Positions 7,808 to 18,177 of a DNA stretch of 61,260 bases are shown here, piece by piece; the stretch's first letter is position 1; every line of letters begins with the position of its first letter. The notes beneath the pieces are model-generated. The model did no database searches. It saw only the letters and a program-made list of their open reading frames with translations, and was not told where the DNA came from. The stretch spans positions 1 through 61,260 of the forward strand of contig CAVJDT010000004.1 of NCBI GenBank assembly GCA_963648435.1, written 5' to 3'. Made by a program: the position numbers and the translations under genes. The stretch comes from Bacillota bacterium (GTDB taxonomy: Bacteria > Bacillota_I > Bacilli_A > ML615J-28 > CAG-313).

Positions 7808-10384
7808 ATGTATGAAAATATCGATAAAACCTTATATACGCCAATGATGCGTCAATACCTTGAAATTAAGGAACAATACCCAGATACGCTTGTCTTTTTT
7901 CGACTCGGTGATTTTTATGAAATGTTTTTCAATGATGCTTTAGTTGCAAGTCGGGAACTTGAAATTGTTTTAACTGGGCGAGATGCTGGAACTAATAATG
8001 AACGCGTACCAATGTGCGGAGTACCATATCACGCGGTTAATGGCTATATTGAAAAACTTAGTTCAAAAGGTTATAAAGTTGCAATTGTCGAACAACTTGA
8101 AGCTCCAACTGGCCAAAAAATCGTAAAAAGAGATATTGTTAAAATCGTAACCCCCGGAACTAATGTTGACTCAGAATATTTGGATGAAAAAAACAATAGT
8201 TATTTAGGTTGTCTTGATAAATTTGATGATAAATTTATTTTCAGTTATATTGAACTTTCAACAGGAGAAGCTAAAATTACTTCCTTTGATTCCCTTGATT
8301 TAGTGTATGGTGAAATCACCAAACTTGCCATTAAAGAAGTTGTAATGTCTGCTTCATTAAATAAAGTGATTGCACAAGTTCTTAATAAAAACTATGGTAT
8401 TTTAGTTTCATATAATGATGATTTAAGTATCGATGAATACTTAAAATCCCTTGTAAACTCCTTAAATGAAAATTACCTTAAATGTGCTAGTCGTCTCCTT
8501 CATTATGTTATTCAAACCCAAAAGCGAGTGTTAGTCCATTTAAAACCTTTTGAAGAATATTCATGTAAGGATTACTTGCGTTTAAATGAAAGTACAATCA
8601 GAAACCTTGAAATTGTTGAAACCAATAAAGGCAATCGCTTCAAAAATAATTTATTTGTGGTTTTAGACCATTGTTCAACGGCGATGGGTTCAAGATATTT
8701 AAAGAAGAATCTACTTTATCCTTTAGTTGATTTAAATAATATTAATGAACGCCTTGATATTATTGAAGAGTTACAAAAAAATTATCTTCATACAGCTGAT
8801 TTAAAAAAACAACTTCAAGAAATTTATGACTTAGAAAGAATTGTTGGAAGAATTAGTTATGGTAATCTTACCCCTAAGGATTTACTCCAACTTAGGGTTT
8901 CCCTTGGGGTATTACCAAACATTAAGGTAATCTTAAGCAAAATGAAAGGAAATGTGCTTAAAAATCGCGGTGAAAAAATTGAAGATTTTGAAGATTTGCA
9001 TAAAATTCTCTTTAAAGCCGTTGATGAAAATGCGGGGTTTAGCCTTAAAGATGGCGGCATAATTAAAAAAGGATATAGTGCTGAATTAGATAATATTCGA
9101 AACATTGAATCTACTAATAAAGATTATCTTTTGAATCTAGAATTAAGAGAAAGAGAAAAAACCGGAATTAAAACCTTAAAAGTAGGTTATAACCGTGTTT
9201 TTGGCTATTATATTGAAATTACTAAATCTTATTTAGACCAAGTAAAAGATGAATTTGGTTATATTCGTAAACAAACAACATCTAATTCTGAACGTTTTAT
9301 TACCCAAGAATTAAAAGAACGGGAAACTTTAATCTTAAGATCTAGTGAAATGGCCCTTGAACTTGAAGGAAAATTATTTAATGAACTTAGAGAAATGTGT
9401 AAAGGTCATACTGCGAAACTTCAAACTTTAGCCCTTCAAATTTCCGAAATTGATATGCTGATTTCATTAAGTGAAGTTGCAAAAAGTAATAATTATGTAA
9501 GGCCTTTGTTTTCGAGATATGATGAAATGCAAGTAATAGATGGAAGACATCCGGTAATTGAAGTGGTTAATAATAAGGAATTTGTTCCCAATGATTTAAT
9601 ATTATATAATGATGATAAAATTTTATTAATAACAGGGCCTAATATGAGTGGTAAGAGCACCTTTATGCGTCAAAATGCCTTAATTGTTATTATGGCTCAA
9701 ATTGGTTCATTTGTCCCCGCCAAAGAAGCTAAACTACCAATTTTTGATCAAATCTTTACAAGAATTGGTTCTAGTGACAATATTACAAGTGGTGAATCGA
9801 CCTTTATGGTGGAAATGCTTGAAGTTAATGATGCCATCAAAAATGCCACAGAACGAAGCCTAGTTATTTTTGATGAAGTTGGCCGTGGTACCGCAACCTT
9901 TGATGGAATGTCCTTAGCCCAAGCCATCATTGAATATTTCCATAATAATATCGGCTGTAAAACTTTATTTTCAACTCATTATCATGAACTTACAACCCTT
10001 GAACATAGCTTACCTTGGCTTAAAAATGTCCATGTTGAAGCAAAAGTAGGTAGTAATTTAGATGACCTTGTTTTTCTTCATAAGGTTGTTGATGGACCAA
10101 GTGATCAAAGTTATGGTATCAATGTAGCAAGTCTTGCGAAAATACCACTTGAAATAACCCTAAGAGCAAAAGATATACTTGAAAAATTAGAAAAGCAAGG
10201 AGAATATGATGAAAAAGTTTTATCCATTAATAATTATCAAAAACCCGTTATTATTGATAAAACTGATCCTAAATTAATTGAATTACGTGACTTAATTAAA
10301 AACACTGATGTTGATAATATGAAACCATTAGAGGCGTTAGTCTTTTTATCAAAACTCAAAGAAAAGGTGAATAGTGATGAATAA
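7808..10384 (+). CDS. mutS: DNA mismatch repair protein MutS
   Basis: MYENIDKTLYTPMMRQYLEIK N-terminus, Walker A GPNMSGKST. Start moved to ATG 7808, behind an AAGGAAG RBS, from the ORF-track 7778. Confidence 0.95.
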   Translation: MYENIDKTLYTPMMRQYLEIKEQYPDTLVFFRLGDFYEMFFNDALVASRELEIVLTGRDAGTNNERVPMCGVPYHAVNGYIEKLSSKGYKVAIVEQLEAPTGQKIVKRDIVKIVTPGTNVDSEYLDEKNNSYLGCLDKFDDKFIFSYIELSTGEAKITSFDSLDLVYGEITKLAIKEVVMSASLNKVIAQVLNKNYGILVSYNDDLSIDEYLKSLVNSLNENYLKCASRLLHYVIQTQKRVLVHLKPFEEYSCKDYLRLNESTIRNLEIVETNKGNRFKNNLFVVLDHCSTAMGSRYLKKNLLYPLVDLNNINERLDIIEELQKNYLHTADLKKQLQEIYDLERIVGRISYGNLTPKDLLQLRVSLGVLPNIKVILSKMKGNVLKNRGEKIEDFEDLHKILFKAVDENAGFSLKDGGIIKKGYSAELDNIRNIESTNKDYLLNLELREREKTGIKTLKVGYNRVFGYYIEITKSYLDQVKDEFGYIRKQTTSNSERFITQELKERETLILRSSEMALELEGKLFNELREMCKGHTAKLQTLALQISEIDMLISLSEVAKSNNYVRPLFSRYDEMQVIDGRHPVIEVVNNKEFVPNDLILYNDDKILLITGPNMSGKSTFMRQNALIVIMAQIGSFVPAKEAKLPIFDQIFTRIGSSDNITSGESTFMVEMLEVNDAIKNATERSLVIFDEVGRGTATFDGMSLAQAIIEYFHNNIGCKTLFSTHYHELTTLEHSLPWLKNVHVEAKVGSNLDDLVFLHKVVDGPSDQSYGINVASLAKIPLEITLRAKDILEKLEKQGEYDEKVLSINNYQKPVIIDKTDPKLIELRDLIKNTDVDNMKPLEALVFLSKLKEKVNSDE

Positions 10385-12188
10385 ACATCAAATTATTGAA
10401 CTTCCTGAAGAATTAAAAAACTTAATATCCGCAGGTGAAGTAGTTGAACGTCCCGCAAGCGTTGTTAAGGAATTAGTGGAAAATAGTATTGATGCCGAAG
10501 CAACAATTATCAAAATTGAACTAACTGATGGGGGCTTAAAGAAAATAACTGTTACCGATAATGGAATTGGCATGAATAAAGATGAAGTACCAATTGCTTT
10601 AAAACGAAATGCTACTAGTAAAATTAGAACAAGTGATGATTTATTTAGTATCTCCTCATTAGGCTTTAGGGGTGAGGCATTACCTTCGATTGCTAGTGTA
10701 TCACTTTTTAAAATTTCAACATCAACTAATGATCTTGATGGTTATTCATTTTTTTGTAAAAATGGAAAAATAGTTACGGAAAAACCTTGTGCCATGCCTA
10801 AGGGTACAAAAATAGAAGTCGAAGATTTATTTTATAATACTCCTGCTCGCTACAAACATTTAGGAAGTATCTCCCAAGAGGTTGCAAATATCACTTCATA
10901 TATTAATCGCATTGCTCTTGCTTATCCTGAGGTTTCCTTTATTTTAACTAACAATAATAAAACCCTAATGCAAACAGATGGAAAAAATAATATTCCATTA
11001 ATCATTAGTGAAACATTCGGCCATGATGTTGCTAGAAATTTAATTAGTTTTGAAGGCTCTAATGATTTATATCATCTTGATGGTTTTACAACTAGTAATG
11101 CCATTAACCGTTCTAATAAAAATGGAATTATCATCATAACCAATGGTAGAGTTATTAAGAACCAATCTTTGATTTATGCAATTACCGATGCATATCAAAC
11201 GATTATACCGATTGGTAAATATCCAATTACCGTTTTATATATAACTTGTGATTATGGCCTTGTAGATGTGAATATTCATCCTTCAAAACTTGAAATAAAA
11301 TTTACAGATGAATTTAGATTAAAACAATTAATTTCTCGGACAATTTATCAAGCTATTAATAAAAAAGAACTAATAACTGAACCAGTTCAAGAAAATAAAC
11401 TTACCGAAGCAAGTCTTAATTCAAATACAACTCTTCTAACAGCGTTTGAATTTAAAAAAGATGAAGAATTACCGACTGATGCTTTGTGGGATATGTTTGA
11501 AGAATATAATGAACAAAAAAATGAAGATTCAAATTCCATAAATAAAAATGTTAAGATTGACTATGAATCAGAATCTTTAATAAAAACTAAAGATATTGAA
11601 TTTTTCAAAAGTCTTAATTATATCGGTCAATTTAATAAAACTTATCTATTACTTGAAAATGATGATAATCTATACATAATTGACCAGCACGCAGCGATGG
11701 AAAGATGCATGTATGAAAAAATTAGAAATTCCTTAATTAGTGATACAAACAAACTAACCTATGAACTTTTAATTACTTTAAAGTTAGAATACAATGTTTC
11801 CATGATTGAACTAATAATGGAACAAAAAGAAGAACTTAAAAAAATGCATATAATTATCGAACCATTTGGAAATACAACTATCTTAGTACGGGAAGTGCCT
11901 AGTTGGATTAAAGAAAGTAATGCTGAAAACATGGTCCGTGACATTATTGAACATTTACTTACAAATCGCCATGTTAATAAGCAAATAATGCTTGATAGTC
12001 TTGCGAAAAAACTAAGCTGTAAAAAATCAATTAAAGCAAATATGGCTATAACTGATTTAGAAGTAAAAACTTTAATGGCTAACTTAGATAATTGTGAAAT
12101 GCCTTATACATGTCCTCATGGTAGACCAACCACAATTAAGTTTACTAAATATGAACTTGAAAAAATGTTTAAACGGGTGATGCCATGA
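10377..12188 (+). CDS. mutL: DNA mismatch repair endonuclease MutL
   Basis: GHKL N-terminus (VKELVENSIDA), endonuclease motif DQHAAMERCMYE, C-terminal CPHGRP. Overlaps the mutS stop by 8 nt. Confidence 0.95.
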   Translation: MNKHQIIELPEELKNLISAGEVVERPASVVKELVENSIDAEATIIKIELTDGGLKKITVTDNGIGMNKDEVPIALKRNATSKIRTSDDLFSISSLGFRGEALPSIASVSLFKISTSTNDLDGYSFFCKNGKIVTEKPCAMPKGTKIEVEDLFYNTPARYKHLGSISQEVANITSYINRIALAYPEVSFILTNNNKTLMQTDGKNNIPLIISETFGHDVARNLISFEGSNDLYHLDGFTTSNAINRSNKNGIIIITNGRVIKNQSLIYAITDAYQTIIPIGKYPITVLYITCDYGLVDVNIHPSKLEIKFTDEFRLKQLISRTIYQAINKKELITEPVQENKLTEASLNSNTTLLTAFEFKKDEELPTDALWDMFEEYNEQKNEDSNSINKNVKIDYESESLIKTKDIEFFKSLNYIGQFNKTYLLLENDDNLYIIDQHAAMERCMYEKIRNSLISDTNKLTYELLITLKLEYNVSMIELIMEQKEELKKMHIIIEPFGNTTILVREVPSWIKESNAENMVRDIIEHLLTNRHVNKQIMLDSLAKKLSCKKSIKANMAITDLEVKTLMANLDNCEMPYTCPHGRPTTIKFTKYELEKMFKRVMP

Positions 12189-13084
12189 ATAAAGTTATAA
12201 TTATTACCGGTCCTACCGGAATAGGAAAAACCAAATTATCAATTGAAGTTGCCAAAAAATACCACACTGAAATTATCAATGGTGATGCTTATCAAGTCTA
12301 TAAAGATATGGATATTTTAACTTCAAAAATTACTGAAAATGAAAAACAAAAGATCCCCCATCATTTATTTGACATTAAAGAACCAACTGAGGAATACTCC
12401 GTAGCAGAATATCAACAAAATGTAAGAAACTTAATTTTGGATTTTGAAAATAGAAATTTAATTCCTCTTATTGTCGGAGGTAGTGGTTTATATTTAGATA
12501 GTGTTATTTATGATTATGATTTCAGTAAGATGGGAAGAAACCTTGATACAGAAACAAAATATCAAAATCTAACAAACGAAGAAGTGCACAAAATCCTTGA
12601 AGGTTTAAATAAAGAAGCTGCTTCTAAAATTCATATGAATAACCGAAAACGAGTATTAAGGGCAATTGAACTAGCAAATGATAATGCTTTAGTAACTACG
12701 TTCAATAATCGACTTTTATATGATCCGTTAATTATCTTTTTAAATGAAGACCGTGAAAAATTATACATGGCTCTAAATAATCGAGTTGATAAAATGTTAG
12801 AAGATGGTTTGATTGATGAAGTGAAAAAATTATCATCAATGTCTTTAAGCAAGACGGCTCAAAAAGCAATTGGCTATAAAGAGTTTATACCTTACATAAA
12901 TGATGAAAAAACTTTAAATGAATGTATTGAAGAAGTTAAAAAAAATACTAGACATTATGCAAAAAGACAAATTACTTGGTTTAAGAATAAACAAAATATT
13001 ATAGTTTTAGAAATTAACCGTGAAAATTTTCAAGAAACTATTGATAAAGCATTTGCCATCATTGATGATTTTTTAAAAAAATAA
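12185..13084 (+). CDS. miaA: tRNA dimethylallyltransferase
   Basis: P-loop GPTGIGKT. ATGA overlap with mutL. mutS-mutL-miaA order conserved. Confidence 0.9.
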   Translation: MNKVIIITGPTGIGKTKLSIEVAKKYHTEIINGDAYQVYKDMDILTSKITENEKQKIPHHLFDIKEPTEEYSVAEYQQNVRNLILDFENRNLIPLIVGGSGLYLDSVIYDYDFSKMGRNLDTETKYQNLTNEEVHKILEGLNKEAASKIHMNNRKRVLRAIELANDNALVTTFNNRLLYDPLIIFLNEDREKLYMALNNRVDKMLEDGLIDEVKKLSSMSLSKTAQKAIGYKEFIPYINDEKTLNECIEEVKKNTRHYAKRQITWFKNKQNIIVLEINRENFQETIDKAFAIIDDFLKK

Positions 13085-13237
13085 AGTCCTTAAGGGGCTT
13101 TTTTCATTAATAAGGAAATTCCAATTTATAAAAAAAGTATATAATTTAATTATAAAAATATTTATCATTTAAAAAAATAAATTATTAGTTTTTTTCTATT
13201 TATAAGGTATTATGAATATAATGTAATGGTGATTTAA

Positions 13238-14161
13238 ATGCGAAAAAAAGGATTATTACTATTATCGTTTATAGCCTATGGCTTATTAATAGCAGGAATA
13301 GTTAAAGTAAAAATATACAAATATGAAAATAGTATTTATACAATTAATTCTAAAGCAGTTTCTTTTTCAGTTGATGCATCAAGTGCCATTGTTTATAATG
13401 CAAGTAATAAGGAAATATTATATCAAAAGAATTGTCATGAAAAATTATTCCCCGCATCAATTACGAAAATTCTAACTTGTATAACAGCTCTTGAAAACTA
13501 TGAATTAGATGATTATGTTTATGTAACATCAGAAATGATTAATACCATTGGTTCTAAAATCTATTTAATGCCTGGAGATTATGTAAAAGTAGAAGACCTA
13601 TTACTTGGTTTAATGTTAAATTCGGGAAATGACGCGGCTAAAGTTCTTGCGATGCATTTATCAGGAAATGAAAGTGATTTTATTTCTTTAATGAATAAAC
13701 TTGCCAAAAAAATTGGCATGAATGATTCAACCTTTAATAATCCATCAGGTTTAGATAATGAAACACTTAATTATACAACAGCCTATGATATGGCCATCCT
13801 TACCGCTTATGCTATTAATAATCAAGAATTTCGAAAAATCTTTGGTACTAAAGCAAAAGTAATTGAACTAGAAAACCATTTTTTATATTTACATCACAAG
13901 CATAAATTAGTTCAGTATTATAGTTATGTTTTAGGTGGTAAAACTGGTTATACGGAAAAAGCCGGAAGAACCTTAGTTACTGTCTATAATCAGAATAATA
14001 TTGATTTGATTGTGGTTACTTTAAATGCCCATAATGATTGGGAAATTCATCAAAATTTTTATCATTTATTTTTAGAAAAGAAAGAAGAGCAGACTAATGT
14101 TTTAACTTTTTTCATTGTAAAACCCTTCCTAGAGCGTTTGAGAGGTAAAAAAGATGATTAA
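13238..14161 (+). CDS. dacB: D-alanyl-D-alanine carboxypeptidase (S11 PBP), sporulation-type by context
   Basis: N-terminal TM. SxxK (SITK), SGN and KTG motifs. Followed by spmA-spmB as in B. subtilis. Confidence 0.75.
   Translation: MRKKGLLLLSFIAYGLLIAGIVKVKIYKYENSIYTINSKAVSFSVDASSAIVYNASNKEILYQKNCHEKLFPASITKILTCITALENYELDDYVYVTSEMINTIGSKIYLMPGDYVKVEDLLLGLMLNSGNDAAKVLAMHLSGNESDFISLMNKLAKKIGMNDSTFNNPSGLDNETLNYTTAYDMAILTAYAINNQEFRKIFGTKAKVIELENHFLYLHHKHKLVQYYSYVLGGKTGYTEKAGRTLVTVYNQNNIDLIVVTLNAHNDWEIHQNFYHLFLEKKEEQTNVLTFFIVKPFLERLRGKKDD
14120..14141 (+). repeat. GAGCGTTTGA-family repeat, copy 3 (head only, inside dacB 3' end)
   Basis: 22/22 identity to 7683-7704. Encodes ...KPFLERL of the DacB tail. 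Confidence 0.8.
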
Positions 14162-14744
14162 TTATGTTTGGAGCGTTCTCTTAATTGTTGGTATCATTAT
14201 CAGTATCTTCACCGGAAAGATTAATGATATGGGAAATATTATTTTAAATTCTTCAAATGAAGCTTTTGAAATATTTTTTAATGTTGCCTTGATCATTCTT
14301 TTTTGGGGTGGTGTTTTCAATATTGCAATTGAAAGTGGACTAATTAAGAACTTAACTAAGTTTTTAAGGAAACCATTATTAAAACTTTATCCTGAACTTA
14401 AAGCAGATGATATTGCCTTAGAATATATTTGTTCTAATATTATTGCTAATCTTTTAGGCCTTGGTTCAGCCGCGACCCCTCTTGGTTTAAAGGCTTTTGA
14501 AGAATTACAAAAAATTAATCCTCACAAAGAAAAACCATCGCGCAGTATGGTTACGTTTATCATTATGAACGTTAGTTCTTTTACATTATTTCCAACTACA
14601 ATTCTTGGAATTAGAACTATGTATAAAGGAACAAATGATGTTTCTTTGTTAACTTTAATGATTATTGGAACATTAGTGTCTTCCCTTTCCGCAATTCTTT
14701 TAGACCGACTTGTATATTTAATTGATAGGAAAAAAGCCAAATGA
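14154..14744 (+). CDS. spmA: Spore maturation protein A (nucleoside-recognition/Gate-domain membrane protein)
   Basis: Polytopic membrane protein. Overlaps the dacB stop by 8 nt. Position in the dacB-spmA-spmB operon. Confidence 0.8.
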   Translation: MINYVWSVLLIVGIIISIFTGKINDMGNIILNSSNEAFEIFFNVALIILFWGGVFNIAIESGLIKNLTKFLRKPLLKLYPELKADDIALEYICSNIIANLLGLGSAATPLGLKAFEELQKINPHKEKPSRSMVTFIIMNVSSFTLFPTTILGIRTMYKGTNDVSLLTLMIIGTLVSSLSAILLDRLVYLIDRKKAK

Positions 14745-15238
14745 TTATTATAGTTTTTTATATTTTATTTATTATCTTGTATGGACTATTTAAAAAGGTT
14801 AATACTTTTGATGCTTTTGGAAGAGGTATTGAAAATAATTTTTCAACTTTAAAAAACATTTTTCCAACAATTATGGTATTAATTATTGCTATAAACGTGT
14901 TCGTAAATAGTGGAATCGTCGAAATAATTAAGGATCTTTTCCCAAACACATTCTTCGCTCCTGAGCTTTTTTTGCAAGCATTTCTTCGCCCTATCTCACA
15001 TAGTTCGGCGCTTGTCATGATGATTAAGACCTTTGAAAACTATGGTGTTAACTCAATAACAGGTAAAATCGCCTCAATTTTACAAGGTTGTAATGATACC
15101 ACCATTTATATCATCGCTTTATACTTTGGAAGTATAAAAATGACTAAAATTGGAAAAACTTTGAAAATTGGACTGTTAAATGACCTTATAACGTTTATTT
15201 TCGTGTTTTTACTTTGCTATCTATTTTATTCCAAATAA
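14741..15238 (+). CDS. spmB: Spore maturation protein B
   Basis: ATGA overlap with spmA. Hydrophobic 165-aa Gate-domain protein. Confidence 0.8.
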   Translation: MIIIVFYILFIILYGLFKKVNTFDAFGRGIENNFSTLKNIFPTIMVLIIAINVFVNSGIVEIIKDLFPNTFFAPELFLQAFLRPISHSSALVMMIKTFENYGVNSITGKIASILQGCNDTTIYIIALYFGSIKMTKIGKTLKIGLLNDLITFIFVFLLCYLFYSK

Positions 15239-15289
15239 AAATGCAAAAATACCCCCTAAATTAGTCTTAAATATATATTATTATTTTAA

Positions 15290-15318
15290 TTGCAAAAAAA
15301 TGTCAAATTTGGTATAAT
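15290..15318 (+). promoter_or_regulatory. Sigma-A promoter of rluB
   Basis: TTGCAA - 17 nt - TGgTATAAT. Confidence 0.7.
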
Positions 15319-15354
15319 ATAGTTAATAAAAATGATAATTTGAGGGAGGAAAAA

Positions 15355-16128
15355 ATGGAAAGGATACAAAAAAGAATTGCGGAAAGCGGTGTTTCTTCAA
15401 GGAGAAAAGCCGAAGAATTGATTCTAGAAGGTAGAGTCAAAGTTAATGGTGTAGTTGTTGATACTTTAGGAATGAAGGTTGGACCTAAAGATGAGATAAC
15501 TTTAGATGATGTTTTACTCGTAAGAGTTCAAAAATTATATTATGCAATGAACAAACCTCGAGGTATTATTTCAACATGTAATGATGAACATAACCGCACT
15601 ACGGTTATTGATATCTTACCAGAAGAACTTAAAAATGACCGTCTATTTCCGGTTGGTCGCCTCGACTATGATACTAAAGGCATTTTGTTATTAACTAATG
15701 ATGGTGACTTTATGAATCAAATGGTGGGTCCTAACAGTGGTATTCAAAAAGAATATTTAGTTAGAATTAAAGGTGTTATCAATAATGATGAATTGACAAA
15801 ACTTGAAAAAGGTGTTAAAATTAATGGACGAATGACACTTCCATCGATTGCAACAATTGAAAGCATTGATCGTAAAAACAATTCATCATTAGTTAGAATT
15901 ATCATCACTGAAGGCATGTATCATCAAATTAAAGAAATGTTTATGGCGATTGGTCATGAAGTTAAACGACTAACGAGAGTTAGATTTGGTAATATTGTAA
16001 TTGATGACTTACAAGAAGGTGAAGTTCGAAGTTTAACTATTCATGAAGTTAAAAAACTTTATGATCTAGCAAAACGAAGTAAAGTTATCAAGAAGGAGCG
16101 TTTGGACAAAGTCCGAATATATCACTAA
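15355..16128 (+). CDS. rluB: 23S rRNA pseudouridine synthase (RsuA/RluB family)
   Basis: S4 domain (RIQKRIAESGVSSRRKAEELI) and catalytic GRLDYDTKG. ATG 15355 behind GGGAGG; the ORF-track TTG at 15340 contains the RBS. Confidence 0.85.
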   Translation: MERIQKRIAESGVSSRRKAEELILEGRVKVNGVVVDTLGMKVGPKDEITLDDVLLVRVQKLYYAMNKPRGIISTCNDEHNRTTVIDILPEELKNDRLFPVGRLDYDTKGILLLTNDGDFMNQMVGPNSGIQKEYLVRIKGVINNDELTKLEKGVKINGRMTLPSIATIESIDRKNNSSLVRIIITEGMYHQIKEMFMAIGHEVKRLTRVRFGNIVIDDLQEGEVRSLTIHEVKKLYDLAKRSKVIKKERLDKVRIYH

Positions 16129-17024
16129 TGTATTTAAATAATTTTGTTGAATTTGAACTTAAAATTATGGAATGGTTTAACCATTTAGGAAACAAATTTT
16201 TGGATATTTTCTTTTACTTAATAAGCGAACTAGGAGGTCCCATCATTATTATTGCATTAGTCGGAATAGTATATTGGTGTTTTAATAAGGAAAAAGGAGA
16301 AAAGCTAGCCTATGCAATCATTACTTCAGTTTGTCTAAATGGTGTCTTAAAAAGTTTTATAAATAGAAAAAGACCATTTGAGTATAATGAAAATTTACGT
16401 AGATTAAAAGATTCACCACTTTCTGATGGGGCAACGGGAACTAGCTTTCCAAGTGGACATTCTCAAAATGCTGGTTCAATTTATACATCAATTACTTTAA
16501 TGAATAAGAAGAAGTGGGTTAAAAGCGTTTGTATTATTTTAATCGTACTAATACCTTTTTCACGCCTTTACTTAGGGGTTCATTTTCCTAGTGATGTAGT
16601 TGTTGGACTTATATTAGGCATACTGGTTGCGATTTGTTCATTTTTTTTACTTAATAAATTTGAAAAGTATAAAATGATAATTTACCTTGTAACTATCTTT
16701 ATCTTTACACCCTTTATTTGTTTACCAATTGCCGAACATGATTTTGCTCAAGGGTATGGTCTTTTGATTGGGTTTACCGCCGGAGTATTTGTTGAAAATA
16801 AATGGATAAATTTTAAAAGAGCCACATCACCACTAAGAAAAATCATTCGATTGCTTGTTGGTATTTTTATGGTTGGAAGCTGCTTTTTGTTAACAAGGCT
16901 TATTCCTCAAAATATTAGACATATTAAAATAATTACCATTATTATTTATGGCCTAATATCATTTGTAGCTATTGGAATTGTTCCCATCACATTTAGGAGC
17001 GATAAACATCCTCAGCGAATTTAA
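16128..17024 (+). CDS. PAP2-family membrane phosphatase
   Basis: Acid-phosphatase motifs NRKRPF, PSGHS, SRLYLGVHFPSD. Multiple TM segments. TAATG overlap with rluB. Confidence 0.75.
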   Translation: MYLNNFVEFELKIMEWFNHLGNKFLDIFFYLISELGGPIIIIALVGIVYWCFNKEKGEKLAYAIITSVCLNGVLKSFINRKRPFEYNENLRRLKDSPLSDGATGTSFPSGHSQNAGSIYTSITLMNKKKWVKSVCIILIVLIPFSRLYLGVHFPSDVVVGLILGILVAICSFFLLNKFEKYKMIIYLVTIFIFTPFICLPIAEHDFAQGYGLLIGFTAGVFVENKWINFKRATSPLRKIIRLLVGIFMVGSCFLLTRLIPQNIRHIKIITIIIYGLISFVAIGIVPITFRSDKHPQRI

Positions 17025-17065
17025 AGCAGATAGTGCCAAGTTAAAGCATTGTTTGCTTTTTTTCC

Positions 17066-17094
17066 TTGCATTTTTTGTTAATTTTAGGTATAAT
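17066..17094 (+). promoter_or_regulatory. Sigma-A promoter of the Fic-like gene
   Basis: TTGCAT - 17 nt - TATAAT, 15 nt before ATG 17110. Confidence 0.6.
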
Positions 17095-17109
17095 AATAAT
17101 GGTGATTTT

Positions 17110-18177
17110 ATGAATAATTTTGAAGCTTTAAGTCAATACATGATTCCAAGTAATATCTTAATAAAGATGTTAGAAGTATATAAAAGTATTGGTCAAAATA
17201 AATATCTAGAAGAAGAATTAGGTGATGCCAAATACTATTTAATTGAACAAAATATTGAAAGAGAAACTTTCATTATTGCCAGCACTTTAAATCTAAATAT
17301 TTCCGATAACCGGATGCGATTAATTATTACAAAGAATTCTAATCCTAACAATCAAGAAGAAAAAACTCTACTAGGAATTAAAGAAGTTTTAAAAATAATC
17401 CAAAAAGATGCCCCTGAACACACTTTTAATGGTAGTGATATTTTAGGTTACTTAAACCGTATTTTTGGAAAAAACTCTCATAAATTTAGCAATAAAAATT
17501 ATGATGAATTACTTGGGGTACGCAGTAAATTAACAAAACCAGTTAGTATGCGTCTTTCATATGAGAAAATGCTTGAGAATTATCATCTTAATGTAACCAA
17601 AGAAACATTTGAAAAACTATATTTAGCCATTGTTGCTTACTTAGAGATGGATTTAATGAAACCATATTCAGCCCATAATGAACTTGCTAGTTTACTTGCT
17701 TTATATTATATGTTAATAAGATCTAATGTAAATGTTTTTTACTATACTAGTTTTTTTGAAAAAATCATAACCAATAAAGATAGTTGGAATAATGAAAAAA
17801 GACTAAGTTTTATTAATTTTCCAACTAGTCATCTCCAATTGAATGGTTTAATCAACATAACTTTTGATATGGTTCTTAATTCATACCAAGAGTTAAAAGC
17901 CATAATTCGTGAAAAAAGTTTTGATAAACGGATGTATAAAGGAGACGGAATTGAACAAACAATTGCACGGTTACCTAGTACTTTCTCAAAGGAAGATATA
18001 AGAGCATATCATCCTGATGTTAGTGATTCAACGATAAACCGAGCTTTGTTTAAATTAAGAGATGAAAACTATATAATGCCACTTGGAAAGGGAAGAAGTG
18101 CAAGATGGGTAAAACTTGTAAAAGATAATAGTCCCAAAAACATTTTTGGATATAATTATGAAGAAAATGAAAAGTAA
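17110..18177 (+). CDS. Fic-fold protein with degenerate active site and C-terminal winged-helix domain
   Basis: Start set at ATG 17110, downstream of its own TTGCAT-17-TATAAT promoter (ORF-track 16972 overlaps the PAP2 gene). KPYSAHNELASLL occupies the place of HPFxxGNGR. C-terminus STINRALFKLRDENYIMPLGKGRSARW is wHTH-like. Confidence 0.5.
   Translation: MNNFEALSQYMIPSNILIKMLEVYKSIGQNKYLEEELGDAKYYLIEQNIERETFIIASTLNLNISDNRMRLIITKNSNPNNQEEKTLLGIKEVLKIIQKDAPEHTFNGSDILGYLNRIFGKNSHKFSNKNYDELLGVRSKLTKPVSMRLSYEKMLENYHLNVTKETFEKLYLAIVAYLEMDLMKPYSAHNELASLLALYYMLIRSNVNVFYYTSFFEKIITNKDSWNNEKRLSFINFPTSHLQLNGLINITFDMVLNSYQELKAIIREKSFDKRMYKGDGIEQTIARLPSTFSKEDIRAYHPDVSDSTINRALFKLRDENYIMPLGKGRSARWVKLVKDNSPKNIFGYNYEENEK

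Noticed and set aside
16972-17109. N-terminal extensions in the ORF track at 16972, 7778, 15340, 22447, 24532, 27172, 45072, 45129, 51341 and 59184.
   Set aside because: The extensions overlap upstream genes, RBS sequences or the mapped promoters. Internal ATGs with proper Shine-Dalgarno spacing give N-termini typical of the families.
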